From contig CAVVPJ010000016.1 in NCBI GenBank assembly GCA_963750095.1, positions 9,806-73,805 on the forward strand: a stretch of DNA of 64,000 bases, given 5' to 3'. The notes under the pieces are model-generated. The model was given only the letters and a program-made list of their open reading frames with translations. It did not search any database and was not told the DNA's origin. Of this stretch, positions 57,686 through 64,000 are shown one piece after another (position 1 is the first letter of the stretch; each line of letters starts with the position of its first letter). The position numbers were made by a program, and so were the translations under genes. The DNA is from an uncultured Actinomycetota bacterium (GTDB lineage Bacteria > Actinomycetota > Actinomycetes > Mycobacteriales > Pseudonocardiaceae).

Positions 57686-58690
57686 TCAGCGGCGCAGCAG
57701 CCCGACCACGGCGGCGGTGCCCGCGGCGAGGCCGGTCAGCCCCGCGGCCAGGGCCGTGCGGTGCATGGACGCCCAGGACAGCGGGTCGCGGCGGTAGGAC
57801 TGGTCGTCGAACGGCCCGTGGGCGCCGCGGTCGGCGTCGGCGTCGGCGGGCTCGAACACGTTCGAGCCGTACCGGGGCAGGTCGGCGTCGGTCTGCTGGC
57901 CCGACACCCCGGTGCGGGCCAGGTAGGCGCGGACGAGCAGGGGCGCCACCCGCTCACCGAGGATGGTGTAGGCGGTCGACACCCCGACCCAGATCGACCG
58001 CCGCGGGTGCTCGGCGAGGAACCGGATCGCGCGGGCGGCGAGCTCGGGCTGGAACACCGGCGCCACCGGACGCGGGTGGCCGGGCATCTTGTTGAGGTTC
58101 CACGTGAACTGCGGGGTGTTCAGCCCGGGCAGCTGCACCATGCACACCTTCACGTCGCTGCGCTCGGCGGCAAGCTCGGTCATCACCGCCTCGCTGAACC
58201 CCTTCACGGCGTGCTTGGCGCCGCAGTAGGCCGACTGCAGCGGGATGGACCGGAAGGCCATCGCCGAGCCCACGTTGACGATCACACCGCGGTTCCGCGG
58301 CCGCATCCGTGCCAACGCCGACCGGGTGCCGTTGACCTGCCCGTAGTAGGTCACCTCGGTCATGCGCCGGAACTCCTCCTCGGAGGTGTCCCAGAAGAAC
58401 GCCAACGACCCGACGAACGCCACGTTCGCCCACACGTCGATCGGCCCGAGCTCGGCCTCGACGCGCTCGGCCGCCGCCTCGACGGCCGCCGCGTCGGCGA
58501 CGTCGACGGGCACCGCGAGGCCCCGGCGCCCGGCGGACTCCACATCCGCGACGGCGCCCTTGAGCCCCGCCGCGCCGCGCGCGAGGACGGCGACGTCGTA
58601 GCCTGCGCGGGCGAACTCCTGCACCGCCGCGCGCCCGACCCCGGCCGTGCCGCCGGTGACGACGACGACTCCCCTCGTCGGTCCTGTCAT
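57686..58690 (-). CDS. SDR oxidoreductase with C-terminal extension
   Basis: VTGGTAGVG, YCGAK, PGLNTPQF. Confidence 0.9.
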   Translation of the reverse strand: MTGPTRGVVVVTGGTAGVGRAAVQEFARAGYDVAVLARGAAGLKGAVADVESAGRRGLAVPVDVADAAAVEAAAERVEAELGPIDVWANVAFVGSLAFFWDTSEEEFRRMTEVTYYGQVNGTRSALARMRPRNRGVIVNVGSAMAFRSIPLQSAYCGAKHAVKGFSEAVMTELAAERSDVKVCMVQLPGLNTPQFTWNLNKMPGHPRPVAPVFQPELAARAIRFLAEHPRRSIWVGVSTAYTILGERVAPLLVRAYLARTGVSGQQTDADLPRYGSNVFEPADADADRGAHGPFDDQSYRRDPLSWASMHRTALAAGLTGLAAGTAAVVGLLRR

Positions 58691-58793
58691 TGCGTTCTCC
58701 TCCGATCGCGGGCCACCACGGCCCGTTCCGGCCCGCTCCGGTCCTTCCGGTGGCGGACGTTTCTGGGTGAAGGGGGTCGTGCGCCGGTCGGCG

Positions 58794-60581
58794 TCACCGG
58801 CCGGGCACGAGCTCCTGGAGCTTGGTCTTGGCGCCCTGCACCACCAGGTGGAACGCCTCGGGATCGCCGCCGAGCACGGCCTCGGCGGCCGACTTGGCCT
58901 GCTCGAAGGTGGCGTGCGGCGGGATCGGCGGCACCTCCGGGTCACAGTGCACGTCGAGCAGGGCAGGCCGGTCCGCCGCGAGCACCCGGTCCCACGCGGT
59001 GCCCAGCTCGTCAGGCGAGGTCACGGTCACCGCGTCGAAGCCGATGCCGCGGGCGAAGTCGGCGTAGGACACGTCGGGCAGGGTCTGCGACTGCTCGAAC
59101 TTGGGCGAGCCGCTCATCGCCCGCATCTCCCAGGTCACCTGGTTGAGGTCGTTGTTGTGCAGCACGCAGACGACACATCGCGGATCCGACCACAGGTGCG
59201 CGTACCGGGCGATGGTCAACAGCTCGGCCATGCCGTTCATCTGCATCGCCCCGTCGCCGACCAGCGCGATCGCCGGACGGTCAGGGAGCGCGAACTTGGC
59301 CCCGATGACGTAGGGCACCCCGGGGCCCATCGTGGCCAGTGTGCCCGACAGCGAGGAGCGCATCGTGCCGCGGATCCGCAGGTGCCGGGCGTACCAGTTG
59401 GCGGCGGACCCGGAGTCGGCGGCGATGACGGCGTCCTCGGGCACGCGTTGGGAGAGCTCCCACACGATCCGCATCGGGTTGACCGGCTTCGCGTCGAGCA
59501 TGGCCTCGCGCTCCATGGTCGACCACCAGCTTGCGACGTTCTTCTCGATGGTCTCCCGCCACGCCCGGTCCGTCGGACCCGAAAGCCGCGGCAGCAGCGC
59601 CGCCAGCGTGGCCTGCGCGTCGCCGACCAGGTTGACCTCGGTCGGGTAGCGCATCCCGATCAGCGTGCCGTCGAGGTCGATCTGCACCGCGCGGGCCTGG
59701 TCGAGGTCCGGCAGGAACTGCGTGTAGGGGAAGTTCGAGCCGACGATCAGCAGCGTGTCGCAGTCGCGCATCATCTCGTAGCTGGGCCGGGTCCCCAGCA
59801 GGCCGATCGCGCCGGTGACGAACGGCAGCTCGTCGGACAGGACGTCCTTGCCCAGCAACGCCTTCGCCACGCCCGCCCCGAGGACCCCCGCGACCTGCTC
59901 GACCTCCGCCGCGGCCCGGCGGGCACCCTGCCCGACCAGCACGGCGACCTTCTGCCCCGCGTTGAGCACCTCCGCGGCGCGGGCGAGGTCCTCCTCAGCG
60001 GGCACCACGACCGGCATCGCGAAGCCCGGTGGGCTCGACGGCACCTCCTTGAACGCGTGCCCCGGCGCCCGGTAGTCCTCCTCCTGCAGGTCGGACGGGA
60101 TGATGACCGCGGTGGGCGCGCGGCGGGACATCGCTGTGCGCAACGCCCTGTCGATCGCGTTCGGCAGCTGCTCGGGGACGTTGACCTCTACCAGGTACTC
60201 GGAAGCCACGTCCTTGAACAGCGCCTGCAGGTCCACCTCCTGCTGGTAGGACCCGCCCATCGCGCTGCGCTCGGTCTGCCCGACGATCGCCACCACCGGG
60301 ACGTGGTCGAGCTTCGCGTCGTACAGCCCGTTGAGCAGATGGATCGCGCCCGGCCCCGATGTGGCCATGCAGACGGCGGGACGTCCGGAGAACTTGGCGA
60401 AGCCGACCGCTTCGAACGCGGCCATCTCCTCGTGCCGCGCCTGCACGAACCGCGGCTGGTCGTCGGCCCGCCCGAACGCCCCGAGCAGGCCGTTGATCCC
60501 GTCCCCGGGATAGGCGAACACCTGCTCAACACCCCACTCACGCAGGCGGTGCAGTACGAAATCGCTGACCTTCTGGCTCAC
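58794..60581 (-). CDS. Thiamine-pyrophosphate enzyme, PoxB-like, paralog 2
   Basis: YPGDGIN, RHEEMAAF, GDGAMQM, NNDLNQVTWE. Confidence 0.9.
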   Translation of the reverse strand: MSQKVSDFVLHRLREWGVEQVFAYPGDGINGLLGAFGRADDQPRFVQARHEEMAAFEAVGFAKFSGRPAVCMATSGPGAIHLLNGLYDAKLDHVPVVAIVGQTERSAMGGSYQQEVDLQALFKDVASEYLVEVNVPEQLPNAIDRALRTAMSRRAPTAVIIPSDLQEEDYRAPGHAFKEVPSSPPGFAMPVVVPAEEDLARAAEVLNAGQKVAVLVGQGARRAAAEVEQVAGVLGAGVAKALLGKDVLSDELPFVTGAIGLLGTRPSYEMMRDCDTLLIVGSNFPYTQFLPDLDQARAVQIDLDGTLIGMRYPTEVNLVGDAQATLAALLPRLSGPTDRAWRETIEKNVASWWSTMEREAMLDAKPVNPMRIVWELSQRVPEDAVIAADSGSAANWYARHLRIRGTMRSSLSGTLATMGPGVPYVIGAKFALPDRPAIALVGDGAMQMNGMAELLTIARYAHLWSDPRCVVCVLHNNDLNQVTWEMRAMSGSPKFEQSQTLPDVSYADFARGIGFDAVTVTSPDELGTAWDRVLAADRPALLDVHCDPEVPPIPPHATFEQAKSAAEAVLGGDPEAFHLVVQGAKTKLQELVPGR

Positions 60582-60832
60582 TGGAGAACTCCGTCCCTTC
60601 CTCACGGATGCCCGGCCGGGCGCGCCACTCGGCTCGACGCGCCGCACTCCCGCCAGGAGACGGTCGGCTGACCGGGCACAGGCTCGTTCCCCCACGGGGT
60701 AACCGGGGCGGTGCCGGGAAAACCTCGCGGAGACCTGAAGATCTGGGCCTGCGGCGTCGGCAACGCCTACCTGTCAGGAACACTTCAGGCGCCGTGCCTG
60801 CCGGGAAGTGCGCTTCCGGGGTAGTCGAGGCC

Positions 60833-61054
60833 ATGAGCCAGAGCAACTACAGACGTGATCCGGTGCTCCAGGAACGCCGCCGTCCGCGGCGGTGGCTGTG
60901 GACCGCGGGTGTCGTGGTGCTGTTCCTCCTCGCCGGGTTGTTCGTGACGTCCTTGTACCGCACGCCGAACCCCGCGTGGACCCCGATCACCGCCGTGGCG
61001 ACGGCGGTCGTCGCCGTGCTGCTCCTCGTCGGCTTTCTCAGGCGCCGCCGCTGA
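60833..61054 (+). CDS. Small 2-TM membrane protein
   Basis: Two hydrophobic helices, Arg-rich ends; GGGTAG 8 nt upstream of ATG. Confidence 0.6.
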   Translation: MSQSNYRRDPVLQERRRPRRWLWTAGVVVLFLLAGLFVTSLYRTPNPAWTPITAVATAVVAVLLLVGFLRRRR

Positions 61055-61126
61055 GTCGTCGGCAGGCTGCCGCGCGCTCCCCACCGAAACCGGTTCCCGA
61101 CCCAAGCGACACGGGTATCCCCCACA

Positions 61127-61516
61127 ATGGGCTCACACGATGTTTCTGACGTCCTGGACGGGGCGGACCCGATCGAGCTGGAGCGTCAGGGCTGGCGGGC
61201 ACTGGCCACATCGGGCCAGGCGGCGGCGGCCTTCTACCGCGACGTGCTCGACGTCAACGTGGCCATGCTTCTTCCGGGGGGAACGATGCTGGAGGACCGG
61301 GAGACCGTCATCCGGTCGATGTCCGGCCCGCCCTGGTCGGACTACCAGCTGGACGACGTCCGCGCCCTCACCCTGACCGACGACGTCAGTGTCGTCACCT
61401 ATGGGGTCACCGCACAGCGGGCGAGGGCACCCCGATACTCGGCCCTGATCAACAGCACCTACGTGCGGCGACCCGACGGGTGGAAGCTGGCCGTGCACCA
61501 GCAGACACCCCATTGA
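61127..61516 (+). CDS. NTF2-like/DUF4440 protein
   Basis: LERQGWRAL, VVTYGVTA, STYVRRPDGWKLAVHQQTP; GGTT-N17-GGGTAT just upstream. Confidence 0.82.
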   Translation: MGSHDVSDVLDGADPIELERQGWRALATSGQAAAAFYRDVLDVNVAMLLPGGTMLEDRETVIRSMSGPPWSDYQLDDVRALTLTDDVSVVTYGVTAQRARAPRYSALINSTYVRRPDGWKLAVHQQTPH

Positions 61517-61772
61517 CCGGACGGCGCGGTCGTCGTCGGCGCGGTCGGTAGGACCCGGTCGGCCCGACACACCTCCCATGGCCTCCCCGGGACACGTCGG
61601 CCTGACGTGTGGCTGACGATCCACCGGACGGGCCTGCCGCAACTCCGCCCGCGGACGATCGTGGACGGCAGGCCGTGCGCAGGAGAAGTCACGCGCCGCG
61701 GACCACCACGCGGGCCACGTGGCGGGACACCATGCGCTGCGGCGCTTTCCGGGAATGACCACGGAGGTGCAG

Positions 61773-62303
61773 ATGGCCCGCAGCATGCCGTCGAGCCGCG
61801 GAACAGTGCCGGGACTGCTTCTCGTCACGGTGGGGTGGGTCGTGCTGGCTCCCAGCCTGGGCGCGGCGTGGCACCCGCCGATCCACTCCGGCCTGGGCAT
61901 CGTGGCGTTGTTCCTCGCCGCGACAGTCGTCGCCACCTTCACCCAGAAGAGCGTCGAGATCGATTCACCGCGGTGCGGGACCGCATGGCAATCCGACCGG
62001 GGGCCGCTGCCGACAGTCGAGATGACGGGGCAGGCGGACATGGTCCGGGCCTCGGACATGGAACGTCGGACCATGGTCGAGAAGCTCGGTCGGGGCCTGG
62101 CCGTCGGCTGTCTCACGGTTGCGGAGTTCGATCAGCGGGCAGCGGCCGCCTGGGCGGCGAGGACACGTGGGGAGCTGGCCGGGCTCGCCGCTGACCTGCC
62201 TTCGGCGATGCCGTCCACCCGGCCGGTCGAGAGCCGACGGGGGATCAGGCTGATGCATGCCGTGCTGCGGGTCGTGGCCGAGCTCTGGATCGAAGAATGG
62301 TGA
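61773..62303 (+). CDS. Protein with 2 N-terminal TM and a DUF1707 (SHOCT-like) domain
   Basis: RASDMERRTMVEKL..G.LTVAEFDQR.AAAWAARTRGELAGLAADLP; GGAGG RBS. Confidence 0.6.
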   Translation: MARSMPSSRGTVPGLLLVTVGWVVLAPSLGAAWHPPIHSGLGIVALFLAATVVATFTQKSVEIDSPRCGTAWQSDRGPLPTVEMTGQADMVRASDMERRTMVEKLGRGLAVGCLTVAEFDQRAAAAWAARTRGELAGLAADLPSAMPSTRPVESRRGIRLMHAVLRVVAELWIEEW

Positions 62304-62368
62304 TCGGCACGCGCACCGCGCGCTGCCCGCCGGGGGGCCCGGTCGGAGGCTGACCGGGGATGCGGGCC

Positions 62369-62398
62369 TCGACAAGAGGCTAAACGAGCGTTTACAAT
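62369..62398 (+). promoter_or_regulatory. Housekeeping-type promoter with overlapping palindromic operator for tetR
   Basis: TCGACA-N18-TACAAT; TAAACG-ag-CGTTTA at 62381-62394; ATG 7 nt after -10 (leaderless). Confidence 0.6.
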
Positions 62399-62405
62399 GA
62401 TGTAC

Positions 62406-63083
62406 ATGAGTTCACTCCCGGACGATCGCACGGCGCGGGCCCGGATCCGCGACGAGGCGCTCCGGCTCTTCGCCGAACGGGGCCCGGACGCGGTCACCGT
62501 GCGGGACATCGCGGCGGCCGCGGCCGTCTCGCCCGCGCTCGTCGTGCGCCACTACACGAGCAAGGACGGGCTGCGGACGGCAGTCGACGACTACGTCGCC
62601 CGGGCCTTCGAGGTCCTGCTGGCCCAGATCGTCGAGCCTGCGGGTGGCGGGGCGTTCGACCCGGAGGCACTGCCGAGCCTCGCCGAGCTGGTGGCGGCGC
62701 AGCTGCCCGCCGGGTCATCGATTCCCGCCTACCTCGGCAGGCTGCTGCTGACCGGCGGGCCGGTGGGGTCGGCGCTGTTCGCCCGCCTCCACGCCGCCGC
62801 CCGGGACGCGCTGTCCGCCCTGGTGCGCACCGGTGCGGCCACGCCGGGGGCCGACCCCGCGGTGCGGGCGGCCTTCCTGCTGGTCAACGACCTCGCGGTG
62901 GTGATCCTCCGGGACCGCCTCCGCGAGGTGCTCGGCACCGATCCGCTCTCGGACACGGGCCTGCGCCGGTGGGGTGCCGAAGTGCTGGCGATCTACCGGG
63001 GCGGGCTCGCCGCACCGGTCGACCCGGAGGTGGGCTCGCCTGCAACGAGTTCCGACGTCATGAGGAGCAGAGAACGAACATGA
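62406..63083 (+). CDS. TetR family regulator
   Basis: RIRDEALRLFAERG..VTVRDIAAAAAVSPALVVRHYTSKDGL. Confidence 0.92.
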   Translation: MSSLPDDRTARARIRDEALRLFAERGPDAVTVRDIAAAAAVSPALVVRHYTSKDGLRTAVDDYVARAFEVLLAQIVEPAGGGAFDPEALPSLAELVAAQLPAGSSIPAYLGRLLLTGGPVGSALFARLHAAARDALSALVRTGAATPGADPAVRAAFLLVNDLAVVILRDRLREVLGTDPLSDTGLRRWGAEVLAIYRGGLAAPVDPEVGSPATSSDVMRSRERT

Positions 63084-63577
63084 GCGCGCACCTTCACCCC
63101 CGCACCTCCGCCGCGATCGGCCGAGCTGGTGGCCGCCTCCTGCGCAGCCGCACGCTGATGCGGCTGCCGATCCGGCTCTACCACGCCCGGCTGGGCTTCC
63201 TCTTCGGCAGCCGGATCCTGATGCTCGAACACCTCGGCCGACGCACGGGCGCCCGCCGCTACGTCGTGCTGGAGGTCGTCGACCACCCCGCCCCGGACAC
63301 CTATGTCGTGGCCTCCGGCTTCGGCCCACGCGCGCAGTGGTTCCGCAACGTGTCCGTCGAACCGCGCGTGCGGGTGTGGGTCGGGCGTCGGGGACCGACG
63401 GCCGCCACCGCGCGGGTGCTCACGACCGCGGAGGCCGACGCCGCGCTGCACGCCTATCTGGGGCGCCACCGCCGGGCCTGGGACACCATGAAGCCGGTGC
63501 TGGAGAACACCCTCGGATCCCCGGTCACGGAGCAGGACACGCAGCTGCCGATGGTCGAACTGCGGCTGTCGGCCTGA
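63080..63577 (+). CDS. F420-dependent (deazaflavin) nitroreductase-family oxidoreductase
   Basis: LMLEHLGRRTGARRYVVLEV, ASGFGPRAQWFRNV. Confidence 0.88.
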   Translation: MSAHLHPRTSAAIGRAGGRLLRSRTLMRLPIRLYHARLGFLFGSRILMLEHLGRRTGARRYVVLEVVDHPAPDTYVVASGFGPRAQWFRNVSVEPRVRVWVGRRGPTAATARVLTTAEADAALHAYLGRHRRAWDTMKPVLENTLGSPVTEQDTQLPMVELRLSA

Positions 63578-63857
63578 CCAGCCGGTTCACCCGAGCCGCC
63601 CTGCCTGCCGGTTGAGGCCGGTAGACGCGCTCCGCTTCGCGGAGGTCGTCGGCGGGTGGGTCTTCAGCGGTGAGCGGGTGCTGTCCGGCGCGGATCTGGA
63701 CCGTGCGGTGGCGGCGGGCCCTTGATCCCGGCCAACGCCCGCGCCTTGGCAGGTCCGGGCCGAACAGCGCGCGAGATGCACACCCGCGGGGTTCGATGTT
63801 GAGTGGACCCCGCTCACGTCGCGCTCGGCCGACACCCCGAGGCCCTGGGCGTCTGGT

Positions 63858-63992
63858 TCAGATCTGTCCATGGCGGCGCCGTCCGTACCAGCGACGGCCC
63901 TGCTCGATCACGGCGGGCAGCTCGGCGATCATCAGCATGACGGCGGCTATGAAACCCGCGCAGCTCAGGGCGATGGTCAGGCCCTCCCACAT
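63858..63992 (-). CDS. Possible 44-aa single-TM protein
   Basis: MWEGLTIALSCAGFIAAVMLMIAELPAVIEQGRRWYGRRRHGQI; upstream context lies outside the window. Confidence 0.35.
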   Translation of the reverse strand: MWEGLTIALSCAGFIAAVMLMIAELPAVIEQGRRWYGRRRHGQI

Positions 63993-64000
63993 CGCATGAC

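Overview
This is high-GC actinobacterial DNA; gene content resembles Pseudonocardiaceae, but that assignment is inference. Most of the window (~1-61.6 kb) looks like a general-stress/dormancy island, with many genes preceded by SigB/SigF-type GGGTAR/GGGCAY -10 boxes. It contains: a selenocysteine (UGA + SECIS) formate dehydrogenase operon with an NrfD anchor; a cytochrome bcc / heme-copper oxidase gene set split between two diverged copies of one ancestral locus that underwent complementary deletions; two paralogous TPP-enzyme / FAD-FeS oxidoreductase modules; and a hopanoid cluster (hpnCDE, polyprenyl synthase, shc, hpnG-ispH fusion, hpnH, dxs) extended by glycosyltransferases and a GT-wax-ester-synthase fusion. 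The most striking observation is the oxidase subunit I. It keeps the A-family fold and all metal ligands, but essentially all canonical D-channel and K-channel residues are replaced, and no subunit III gene is present. No rRNA, tRNA, CRISPR or transposase was recognised. All family calls come from motif recognition by eye, not database searches.
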